From positions 1 through 64,000 of IMG/VR virus record IMGVR_UViG_3300001041_000017: DNA of 64,000 nucleotides, one strand, 5' to 3'. A model generated the notes under the pieces. That model had not been told where the DNA came from. It was given only the letters and a program-made list of their open reading frames with translations, and did no database searches. The number at the start of each line of letters is the position of its first letter. Within the stretch, counting starts at the first letter, position 1. The DNA comes from a virus. Positions 36,711-45,894 of the stretch are shown here, one piece after another. Position numbers and translations under genes: made by a program.

Positions 36711-39089
36711 ATGAAGAAAATTTATTCTTTGAGTATCGTCTCCCATACTTTTTTCAAAAAGTATGGGTTAGAATGTCCAATTCTTTTCTCAGGACAATAC
36801 TTAAAGACTCCTCTTACCTTGCCCCATTATAGTAAATGTGATGGAAAGGAATTAAGGATAAATAGAGGTTTTACTAGAAGGGTAGTTGAAGTTGAAAGCA
36901 TTCTTTCTGACTTTGTAGAATCTATAAAAAAAGATATTCAAGAAATTGTAACTAATAACGAAAAAAAATATGGAAACAAAGTAGGATATGTTTGGTTGGA
37001 ATCTGAAAATAATTATTTTGATTTTTATAAAAAAGAATTAGAAGTAAAAGATATCCTTCAAGAGATAAAAGGATATCTGATAAATAATTTAGAAACAGTA
37101 ATTATTGATGATAAAAAATCAGAAGTATTAAATAATTTAGAAATAGTAGAAATTGAGAGTAAAGATTCAAGAATGTTTAACAATTTAGAAACAGAGGTTA
37201 GTAATAGTCTTCAGGTTGGTATAGCAAGAGAAGTTATTGATACTGTAATTTATTTAAAAGATTCTAAGGAGGAAGTAGTCTCAGAAGTAGAAATAGATTC
37301 TGGAATTGATTCTGAGAAGGCTATTTTAATAGATGAGTTTGAAAAAGATTCTCTTAGCTCTTCTCAGAAAATAAATAATGAAATGTATTTTCAGCCAAAC
37401 AATTTATTTAATCCAGAACTATCTTTTAAGGATAATATCTTGGAACTACCAGAAGAAATTAAATCCTTTGATTTAGAGAATAAGGTAGTTATAGATATCC
37501 ATTGGATTAAAGATTTAATGAGAAAAAGTTTAACAGCGGAGAATCCTTTAACCGAAAAAATCTTAAATATTCTCCAGGTCAATTATGGAGAAGATTTTGT
37601 TAAGAGTATGAATTTAGAAAGAATTATTCCAGAAGAAGAATTTTTACTTTCGGAAACTTATTTATTGGAACCACATTACCCCTTATCAGAATTAATTTCT
37701 ATAAGCTCTTCTGAAAGAATATCTCCAGAAATTCCATTCTCTATAATTCAAGAAAAAGAATTATCCAAAAAAGATATAGTTGTCTTTAATATTGATTCAA
37801 GCAAAGAGTTTGTCAATAATCAAACAGTTGAAATAGATTTAACATCTTCTCCAGAGTTTGATAAGAACAATATTTTTGAGTCAGAAATATCAGAAAATAA
37901 AGAAATGTCTTTGGAAAATAATCTTGTCTTAACGGTTTCAAATGATATCGTTTCAAATAAAATAAATATTTCTGAGTCAATAATTGAAAACGGAAGAATG
38001 TTCTATAAAGATCAAATAGAAGAAGTTATCCCTTCTGATAGATTTATGGATTTTGCTAATTCAAATATTCACGAAATAAGGGGCGAAAGTATTATTGAGG
38101 GATCTCCCCACCAAAATTACAACGTATTTATTCCAGATAATTTCTTGGGGAATAGTCTTGTTTCTGAAATAGAGTCTATCGAAGATTATCTTACACAATT
38201 TAATAGAATTATTCCTATTGAGGAGTTATTAGAAAGTAAAATAATCTCTGGAGATAAAGGTCTGGTTGGTGAAGTTTATTTTCAGGAACTATTAAATCTT
38301 ACTCCTTATAATATAAGAATAGTAGATGTTGAAAAAAGCAAATTAAGCACAAAGAATGAAATATATGATTTTGAAATATTGAATAGCGAAAGTTTTTCAA
38401 GGAGAGAATCGTTAGAAGAATTCTCCCTTATAGATTTCTCAGAATTTAATCAACCAAGTATGATGTCAGAATTAATAGAACTACCTTCCGGAGCTACTCC
38501 AATACTTCGGGAAAATATTCTTTATGTCTTAGAAGACTTAATGGCAACAAGAAATATTACTGAAAAATTTATAGTAGATTCTTTGGAGGAGATGAAAGGT
38601 AGGGCTATTTTAGAATCTGTTCTCTCTCCATTAATGAATTTTACAAAAAATAAAAAAGTTCTTCCGATAAAGATTAGAAAAAGAAAGCTATCAAGTCTAA
38701 AAAACAAAGAAATTATAACTAGGGTAACAGATTTTAAAGATATGGTTAGGGATAATATTTTACCTATAGTTATACCTAAACAGAAAAAACTTCTTAGGTT
38801 AAATAATGAAATTATAACAGAATTGAAAGAGCAAAAAGAATTTGTTATTAATAGGCCAGAAATAATTATCAGAAAATCAAAAGATTCTTTTTTTAACAGA
38901 ATAAACAAAGAGATACTTTTGATAAATGATTCAATAGAAAATGCTTTAAGGATAAAACAAGTTATACCTATAAGTATAATTAAAGATGTTAATTTAACCG
39001 AGAAAGAAGAAGAAAGTAGTGAATTAATATGGCTCATAATGGGAAGACCTTATTTCTGGTCTAACTGGCCTGGAAAGAAAACAAGGTAG
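36711..39089 (+). CDS. Large acidic repetitive virion protein
   Basis: 792-aa ORF with short degenerate repeats and a Trp-rich C-terminus. Confidence 0.65.
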   Translation: MKKIYSLSIVSHTFFKKYGLECPILFSGQYLKTPLTLPHYSKCDGKELRINRGFTRRVVEVESILSDFVESIKKDIQEIVTNNEKKYGNKVGYVWLESENNYFDFYKKELEVKDILQEIKGYLINNLETVIIDDKKSEVLNNLEIVEIESKDSRMFNNLETEVSNSLQVGIAREVIDTVIYLKDSKEEVVSEVEIDSGIDSEKAILIDEFEKDSLSSSQKINNEMYFQPNNLFNPELSFKDNILELPEEIKSFDLENKVVIDIHWIKDLMRKSLTAENPLTEKILNILQVNYGEDFVKSMNLERIIPEEEFLLSETYLLEPHYPLSELISISSSERISPEIPFSIIQEKELSKKDIVVFNIDSSKEFVNNQTVEIDLTSSPEFDKNNIFESEISENKEMSLENNLVLTVSNDIVSNKINISESIIENGRMFYKDQIEEVIPSDRFMDFANSNIHEIRGESIIEGSPHQNYNVFIPDNFLGNSLVSEIESIEDYLTQFNRIIPIEELLESKIISGDKGLVGEVYFQELLNLTPYNIRIVDVEKSKLSTKNEIYDFEILNSESFSRRESLEEFSLIDFSEFNQPSMMSELIELPSGATPILRENILYVLEDLMATRNITEKFIVDSLEEMKGRAILESVLSPLMNFTKNKKVLPIKIRKRKLSSLKNKEIITRVTDFKDMVRDNILPIVIPKQKKLLRLNNEIITELKEQKEFVINRPEIIIRKSKDSFFNRINKEILLINDSIENALRIKQVIPISIIKDVNLTEKEEESSELIWLIMGRPYFWSNWPGKKTR

Positions 39090-39099
39090 GTGTTTAAGA

Positions 39100-40122
39100 T
39101 TGGGTTTATATAAATCAAGAAGTGGCCTTTATTTCGAAGATACTTTTAGAAGTCTAAATGATAGGTGGAAATTTTCTTCAGAAAACTATTCTCTAGGAAT
39201 TGATTATTTGAGATTAATACAATCGGATGTAGAATGTTTCGCTTTATTTGATCTTCCGGCAGAAAATAATATTGTCATAGACATCTATTCCGACTTCGCT
39301 CCTCAAGATAATATTTCACAAGCTGGACTATTGGTTTGGAGGAATTCCTATGAGAGATTAGAATTATTGAAAGATTTAGATTTAGCGGAAGAAGATTTTA
39401 TAGGTTTTAGAACAGTAAAAGAAAATGGTCTTTGGTCTTTCTATGGAATACAGGAGAACGGTATTAAATTTATAGACAAGACAGAGTTTCTAGGGGCTAT
39501 ATCCTGTGGCTTTATCTTAAAACAAGGAAACATACCTTTTGATGTTAAAAGGGTCTTAGTAAGCCTTGGAGACTCATTAAAAATAAGAAACATATTACCA
39601 GGACAAGTTGTTGAATTATATGATAGTGAATCAGTATTGATAGAATCAAAAGTTGTTCCAGATGATAGTAATGGTTTAGATTTTACATTATCGACAATGC
39701 CTCTCAATGGAAGAGTAATATTAAAAGATGAATTAAGTAACGAGTTAGATAATTTAGAAACAATTTTTTCTGGTGGAGATGTTTACGAATCTGGATCATA
39801 TCTTCAAGTATTGAAAGATGGACAAGAATTGTCAACGACAGACCTAACAAACTTGGGGATTATGCGAAATGGAGTTTTAGAAATTCCTTTGCAGCTTTTC
39901 AATCCTAAAACAGAGACTACAGCTACAAACATAAATATTTTTACAGAACAATATGAAACAAAGTTCGGATACCAATGGGTAACTATAAATGGTTTAGAAT
40001 CCTTAAGTCTTGGTTTTCTAAATCCTCTTGGTCTTTTTGATTTTACGATAAAAGTTGAACAATCAGACGATTATTCTGGTCCTCTTCCATTGTTTTTTAA
40101 TTTGGGGGTGGATCACAGATGA
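39100..40122 (+). CDS. Lectin/ConA-like beta-sandwich virion protein
   Basis: SQAGLLVW and FEDTF...RW pattern. Confidence 0.55.
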   Translation: MGLYKSRSGLYFEDTFRSLNDRWKFSSENYSLGIDYLRLIQSDVECFALFDLPAENNIVIDIYSDFAPQDNISQAGLLVWRNSYERLELLKDLDLAEEDFIGFRTVKENGLWSFYGIQENGIKFIDKTEFLGAISCGFILKQGNIPFDVKRVLVSLGDSLKIRNILPGQVVELYDSESVLIESKVVPDDSNGLDFTLSTMPLNGRVILKDELSNELDNLETIFSGGDVYESGSYLQVLKDGQELSTTDLTNLGIMRNGVLEIPLQLFNPKTETTATNINIFTEQYETKFGYQWVTINGLESLSLGFLNPLGLFDFTIKVEQSDDYSGPLPLFFNLGVDHR

Positions 40123-40487
40123 GATTGAAATTAAACATCATTTCAGGAGAACTCATAAAAGAAGAATATAAATTGTTTGATGTTTCTCCAGGAGATGTTG
40201 AAAGATTCTGGTTTCCCTATTATCCTTACGGAATTATTAAAGGAATAAAAGTTATCGGGACAGCCGGAGTTATGGGTTTTAATGTTTCTGTCTTTACAGA
40301 CGAAACAGAAAAGAATCCAATTTATTATTCTGGATCTGTTAATACGATTTTGTGGGACATTATGGACATTCCGGTTATTGACGAAACAGGAATGGAAAGA
40401 GTTTACGTTGTTTTGAAAAGCGAGAATTCACCAGAATCAATTATAGGTGATTTTCATATGGAAATCTATACACAGAGGAGGTTGTAA
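40119..40487 (+). CDS. Small virion protein
   Basis: Coupled ORF. Confidence 0.6.
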   Translation: MRLKLNIISGELIKEEYKLFDVSPGDVERFWFPYYPYGIIKGIKVIGTAGVMGFNVSVFTDETEKNPIYYSGSVNTILWDIMDIPVIDETGMERVYVVLKSENSPESIIGDFHMEIYTQRRL

Positions 40488-40492
40488 CAATT

Positions 40493-41008
40493 ATGGCAGG
40501 ACCGCCAGATGTACGTTGGTATGATAAAGATAGTATTGCTGAAGTAGTAGGTGGTTGGGATGCCGGAACAGTAGATGCCGGAGGAGAATCTGTTCCGGCA
40601 GTATTTCATATTTGGAATAACAAAGGTGGGGCAGAGACACTTTCAGATATGCAGGACGTTACAATAACCACGAAAAGTTATGTTCCTGGAGATGAGGCAG
40701 CCTCCGGCAAGGATGAAGGACCGGTAGCAACAAAATCTCAAGCTTCTGTTTTTGCATTATTCGAGACAGATGCAGGTTGGATTTCATCATTGGGAAATGG
40801 TGTTTATGAAGAGGTTGGAGGATCTGATACGGCTGTAGTCTACAGTAGGTCAGGTGTTGCCGGGATTATAAAGGGAACCTTAAATAATGGCGACGTTTTA
40901 ACCAACAAAGCTAATTATTCCAAAGTCAAATTAAAACTTGTAGCAAAAGCAGATGCGGCAGCAGGTCAAATTTGGTGGTTAACAAGATTTAGTTACAAAT
41001 ACGTCTAA
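40493..41008 (+). CDS. Putative abundant fibre subunit
   Basis: GGAGG RBS; Gly/Ala-rich; WDAGTVDAG, HIWNNKGG; followed by a terminator. Confidence 0.6.
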   Translation: MAGPPDVRWYDKDSIAEVVGGWDAGTVDAGGESVPAVFHIWNNKGGAETLSDMQDVTITTKSYVPGDEAASGKDEGPVATKSQASVFALFETDAGWISSLGNGVYEEVGGSDTAVVYSRSGVAGIIKGTLNNGDVLTNKANYSKVKLKLVAKADAAAGQIWWLTRFSYKYV

Positions 41009-41013
41009 GAATT

Positions 41014-41060
41014 AATAAAGCGGTGGTTTGGCTTAATAGCCGGATCTCCGCTTTATTTTT
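41014..41060 (+). terminator. Intrinsic terminator
   Basis: AATAAAGCGG...CCGCTTTATT plus TTT. Confidence 0.75.
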
Positions 41061-41083
41061 ATGTTAAGGGAGATGATTTATTT

Positions 41084-41836
41084 ATGTTATGGAATGCTCA
41101 GTTGAAAGATGGTTTATTCATAAGCGAAATACAGAATGGTAAAAGAAATGACTTCTTGGATATACCAAAAGAAAATATTGAAAAAATAGTAGTGAAAGAA
41201 TCAAATGCTTTAAGCAATATTTCTTTTTCAGCAGATGAAGGAATTTTTGACTTTAATAATCTTGATTTTTCAAAACTTCAAGAATTAGAAGAAGGAAAAG
41301 AATTTAAGTTTGTTTATAATAAAGAAAAAGGAAAGTTTTTATTAGATACAGACTCCAGGAATACTCTTTTGGATTTAATTTTAAAGCAAGAATATCAAGA
41401 TTATATAAGCCTTAATTCTAAAGGATTTTTTGAAATAAATAGGGAACCTTATTTCATTAGTTTGAAGGAAGATAAATCAGATGAAGAATTGTTGGTGTCA
41501 GACGGTTCTTTAGGTTTTATTTATTTCAAAGAAGGATATACGAATTTTATTGGGAATACGGGAAATGTTATTCCTCTGAAAAAATCTATGGGGAATATGT
41601 CTTACAATTTAGGTTATGAAAAAGAATATATTTTGGATGATTTGAAGTTTTACGTTAAAAATATCGTGTCATATAATGTATCTCAGAGAGGTATATTTAT
41701 GGATTTGATTATGAAATGTAATAGAAAAGATTTTAAAGTAGACTTAGATATTGTTTATGGTTCAAAAGTACATACTATTAATTTTATGTTTAGAGGAGAT
41801 CCGGTAAGAATATCAAGAACAATATGTATGATATAG
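41084..41836 (+). CDS. Hypothetical tail protein
   Basis: ORF with RBS. Confidence 0.65.
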   Translation: MLWNAQLKDGLFISEIQNGKRNDFLDIPKENIEKIVVKESNALSNISFSADEGIFDFNNLDFSKLQELEEGKEFKFVYNKEKGKFLLDTDSRNTLLDLILKQEYQDYISLNSKGFFEINREPYFISLKEDKSDEELLVSDGSLGFIYFKEGYTNFIGNTGNVIPLKKSMGNMSYNLGYEKEYILDDLKFYVKNIVSYNVSQRGIFMDLIMKCNRKDFKVDLDIVYGSKVHTINFMFRGDPVRISRTICMI

Positions 41837-41849
41837 AGGTGATTTAATT

Positions 41850-42515
41850 ATGTGTCCGATCCCGGCAACAAGCGGAATTTTAAGATCAAGCATTTATGAT
41901 ATGCAAGTTGGCGATTATATTCCTTTCAGATGGACAGCATTAACATCTGGAATAGTAGGTTTCCCTAGTGAATTAGGTACTTGTACGGTTACAGAAATTA
42001 CAACCGCAGGATATGATATACCTACCATTGATGGAAAAGCCTTTTTACTTAAAGCAGATAAAGGTTTGTTAATAGGTGATAGAACTGTTCAAACGAATAT
42101 TTCATGGAATAATTTGAATGCAGCTGGGTATATAGAAGGTAAAATATATACATTCTCATCAAAACAAATCCTATTACGATCTCTTTCAGGTGGTTGTTCC
42201 TATTCAGATGTTAATGGAGAAAAAAGTTCTTCTAATCAAGGTAAAGGTGGTTGGCCTACTATAAACGAATGGGATACGTATATAATTAAATCTGATTTAG
42301 GTGGAAAAATAATTCCGGCAGCAGACAATGTTTGGAACGCAAACACTAGATATAGTTTTACAAAAGATACTCCAATATTAGGTATAGCAGCATCCTCTAA
42401 TAGAGTAGTTCGTGTATCAAATTCTTTTGTTAATATTGATTGTGGATATTTGGCAGCAAATATGGGCTATCGTCCAGTATTAGAGTTTAAAGAAGATGGT
42501 AGCGGTGTATGGTAA
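41850..42515 (+). CDS. Putative receptor-binding protein, C-type-lectin-like fold
   Basis: LIGDRTVQTNISWNNLN, NEWDTYI, C-terminal GYRPVLEF. Confidence 0.6.
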   Translation: MCPIPATSGILRSSIYDMQVGDYIPFRWTALTSGIVGFPSELGTCTVTEITTAGYDIPTIDGKAFLLKADKGLLIGDRTVQTNISWNNLNAAGYIEGKIYTFSSKQILLRSLSGGCSYSDVNGEKSSSNQGKGGWPTINEWDTYIIKSDLGGKIIPAADNVWNANTRYSFTKDTPILGIAASSNRVVRVSNSFVNIDCGYLAANMGYRPVLEFKEDGSGVW

Positions 42516-42534
42516 TAAAAGGTGGTGATATGAT

Positions 42535-45500
42535 TTGGCGACAGTAGGGCAACAGTTATTATCTCCAGAAACAGGATGGACGAGAGTAAACGACACTGAT
42601 AGTAGACTTGTATATAGTAGTGGATGGTTATTGGACGCATCTGTTTCTGGCTCGTATAGAGGAAATTATCACTATACGAATTTGGTTAATGCAACAATGT
42701 CCTTTTCTTTCAACGGAACAGGTTTGAGATTTGTAGGAGCAATACATCCTAATAGAAGCAATAATATCACAGTAATTATTGATGGAATATCTTATCCTTC
42801 AAGTGAATACGGTAGTTCGTATCAATTACAAACGCTATGGTTTGAAAAAATAGATCTATCTGATACAAGACATGATGTTGTACTGAAATTAAATAATAAT
42901 GCATATTTAGATCTGGATGCTATAGATATCTATACCCCTCCAAAAACAACTTTAGCAAATTGTATGTCTCTTGGAGATAAAATAATTTGTAAATACACTG
43001 CTACTTCAAATTCTTTTGGAGTTTTCAGCCAGTTAGGAGTTTCTACAGCAAGTTTACTTCCAGCAAGTGCCGTATCTAATCCTGATGGAAGCTTTTTTCT
43101 AACATTAGTAGGATGGGACAGTTTAGGTAGAAAGAAATTTGTAGCTGACAGAAATATTCAATCTTCTATTAGTTGGGATACTTTAAATACTTCTGGAGTT
43201 TCTTCAGCTAGTGGAGTCCCTGTTAAAATAGATTCGTTAACAGACGTAATAGTTCGACTACCATCCGGGGGATGGGACAATAGTAGTAAGGAAAATGAAT
43301 GGGATAAGTACATAACAGAAAGTACACTTGGAGGATTAATAGTTCCAGGAGATATTGTATTCTGGAATTTAGGTTCGTTTTATTGTATAACATCTTCAAG
43401 AAGAAATATATCTGAATCTTTACCGAATTATATATCTATTAGAGGGTATGGTAGTGCAGGATATAGAGATGCTTGTAGAACTGACGAAGTTAATGCAATA
43501 TTTGGATTTAGACCTCTATTTATTGATAATTCACCACTGGGTTTTGATATAGTTTCAGTTTCTACTTTATCAGATATAACAGTAGCAAACGGAACAGACT
43601 TAACTTCTATAATACTACCAACAGTTGTTACAGTCATACTTAGTAATGATACAGCACAAGAATTAGCTGTAATATGGAATACTAGCAGCTATAATAAAAA
43701 TATAGCCGGATCATGTACTTTTGTTGGTGAATTAGCATTAATAGAAGAGGTATTAAATCCTAGCAATATAACTGCAAGTATAAATATAATAGTTTTAGCT
43801 GCTAATATTACATCCATTCAAAGTATCTTTGAATCAAACATATTTGTCAAATACGGAACAGACATAAACTCCTTGGGATTACTACAATCAACAGATGTTT
43901 TATTAAGTAATGGTTTAACATCTACATTACAAATAGTTTGGAATAGTAATCCTACTTATAATCCAGAAACAGCCGGAAATTATGTTTTCACAGGAATATT
44001 AATCTTACCGGAAGGAATAGCTAATCCTAGTAATTTAAAAATAACAATAACAGTAACAGTAAAACCTCTTGGAATAACTATTCAAACTTCAACAGGAATA
44101 ATAAGAGTAGCAAAAGAAAAAGAAATAACTTCACAACTAGGAATATTTTCACCCAGAATATTTAAAGGAATTACTTCTGGTGTAAGTATTGAGTTAGTGA
44201 AAGGTCCAAGATATTACTGTGAAAGATCTACATATATTTCTTCTAGTGAAAGATTACTGAACTTCAATTCAGACGATATATTAAAAATAGGGTCAGGAAA
44301 TCATAGCTTATTCAAAATACCTCTGAACAAAAGTTTGGGGTACATATCAAAAGCACTACTAAAATTAAATGTAAAAACAATAGTAAATAATTTAGATATA
44401 CCAGGAAGAATCAGTATCTATAGAATCAACAACTTAACAGACTGGAATGAAGAAACCGTAACTTATAACAGTGGAATATCTTATGATACCTCTAATGTTT
44501 TAAACATATTTTTTGAGAATGAACAGCCTGGAGAAGTAGTTATTGATATAACTCAGATAATTAAAAATATTGACAATAGCGATAATGATTTTGGCTTCGC
44601 TATTTACTCTAGCGACATTTATTTAGAAATTGATAAATCAGAAATAGTTATGAATACAGAGGTTATTCCTACTGAGATAGATTTTCCTAGTCAAATATAT
44701 CCCAATCTAGTTTATCTAAAATGGAAAGATGTAAGAGTCCCTTTTGGAACATTTACAAAAACCTACGTATTAAGAAGCAAGACAGAATTATTAGATTTTG
44801 ATGCTAGTAAGGTTATTTTTGAAACAAATAATATAAACGAAACAGAATATACAGACGATAATCCTCCCGAAAAAGATACTCATTATTATTACTATGTATA
44901 TATAGAACAGCCAGAATTGAATTATTATTTCAGAGAAAACGCTGTATCAGCAGTAGTAAAAGAATTTGTTTCAGAATCAGATGATTGTTCTGCTGAAACG
45001 AACTTTACAATAAGCCCAGAAACGACAGAAATTATTTCTGGTAAAATTAAACCCAAAGAAGGTAGTTCTTCTATTGTTGTTTTTAATTATGAGAATTTTG
45101 ATTGGGAAGAGTTTAATCATTTACTAATAGAATGTTCAAAAGATTGTAGATTTTTGATAAATACAGAATCAAATCTTTGGTTCAAATATACTTATGGTAT
45201 TTTTGTAGAAACAGATGAAATTATAAATGGGAATACTTCAGACGAATTAAACAATATGTTCTATGAGGACTGGAATAAGTCTTGGATTTTTAATAAGTTG
45301 AATATTAAGATATTTATACCGGAGAACGGTTTCTTGGATAGAATAAATATAAGTTATAGAAAGAACAGAGAAATAGTTTTAGAAAAAGGATCTCCTGAAA
45401 TATATTTGCCAATACCAAAAAATAATTTCAGATATATTCTTCAGCTAGATAATTCTTATGAATTGTGGATTATGAAAGGTCTAAGCTTTGATGATGTTCA

Positions 45501-45894
45501 GACTGATTATGATTTTTATACCGGTCCAGACAAAGTTAAAATAAGACCTCTAGATGCCGGAAATCTTATTGGTAAATTATATTCAAATATTTATCCTGTT
45601 GAATTGATTAACTCATATACAAACAGTAACTTTAATATCAGATTGATAGTATCACAAAATGGAATTGCAGCTAAAAAAGTAGGAGACTATTGTTTGTTAA
45701 ATGATTCAGAAATAGAGGATCAAAAAACCAAAATAGAGTTAAGTCTAAGTGGTGAGAATTTCAGACCTCAGTATCCTCTAAATGTAGTTTTATTTTCTGG
45801 AGAGAAAAAGAATTTCTATGTGAGAATATACCCGACAGAATTAGTTTCTGGTAATTCTCAATTTCAAATACAAGCATTTTTGGAACCTATATAA
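42535..45894 (+). CDS. Multidomain tail fibre/adhesin: CBM-like, CLec-like, two Big_4-like Ig, DNRLRE-like and Fn3-like domains
   Basis: FSFNGTG, VADRNIQSSISWDTLN...GFRPLF, LPTVVTVILSN, WNEETVTYN. Confidence 0.7.
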   Translation: MATVGQQLLSPETGWTRVNDTDSRLVYSSGWLLDASVSGSYRGNYHYTNLVNATMSFSFNGTGLRFVGAIHPNRSNNITVIIDGISYPSSEYGSSYQLQTLWFEKIDLSDTRHDVVLKLNNNAYLDLDAIDIYTPPKTTLANCMSLGDKIICKYTATSNSFGVFSQLGVSTASLLPASAVSNPDGSFFLTLVGWDSLGRKKFVADRNIQSSISWDTLNTSGVSSASGVPVKIDSLTDVIVRLPSGGWDNSSKENEWDKYITESTLGGLIVPGDIVFWNLGSFYCITSSRRNISESLPNYISIRGYGSAGYRDACRTDEVNAIFGFRPLFIDNSPLGFDIVSVSTLSDITVANGTDLTSIILPTVVTVILSNDTAQELAVIWNTSSYNKNIAGSCTFVGELALIEEVLNPSNITASINIIVLAANITSIQSIFESNIFVKYGTDINSLGLLQSTDVLLSNGLTSTLQIVWNSNPTYNPETAGNYVFTGILILPEGIANPSNLKITITVTVKPLGITIQTSTGIIRVAKEKEITSQLGIFSPRIFKGITSGVSIELVKGPRYYCERSTYISSSERLLNFNSDDILKIGSGNHSLFKIPLNKSLGYISKALLKLNVKTIVNNLDIPGRISIYRINNLTDWNEETVTYNSGISYDTSNVLNIFFENEQPGEVVIDITQIIKNIDNSDNDFGFAIYSSDIYLEIDKSEIVMNTEVIPTEIDFPSQIYPNLVYLKWKDVRVPFGTFTKTYVLRSKTELLDFDASKVIFETNNINETEYTDDNPPEKDTHYYYYVYIEQPELNYYFRENAVSAVVKEFVSESDDCSAETNFTISPETTEIISGKIKPKEGSSSIVVFNYENFDWEEFNHLLIECSKDCRFLINTESNLWFKYTYGIFVETDEIINGNTSDELNNMFYEDWNKSWIFNKLNIKIFIPENGFLDRINISYRKNREIVLEKGSPEIYLPIPKNNFRYILQLDNSYELWIMKGLSFDDVQTDYDFYTGPDKVKIRPLDAGNLIGKLYSNIYPVELINSYTNSNFNIRLIVSQNGIAAKKVGDYCLLNDSEIEDQKTKIELSLSGENFRPQYPLNVVLFSGEKKNFYVRIYPTELVSGNSQFQIQAFLEPI

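Noticed and set aside
41850-43530. CLec-like domains ending GYRPVL / GFRPLF, typical of DGR targets
   Set aside because: No reverse transcriptase, Avd or adenine-variant template repeat was seen in the window, and the two domains differ throughout. A DGR elsewhere in the genome cannot be excluded.
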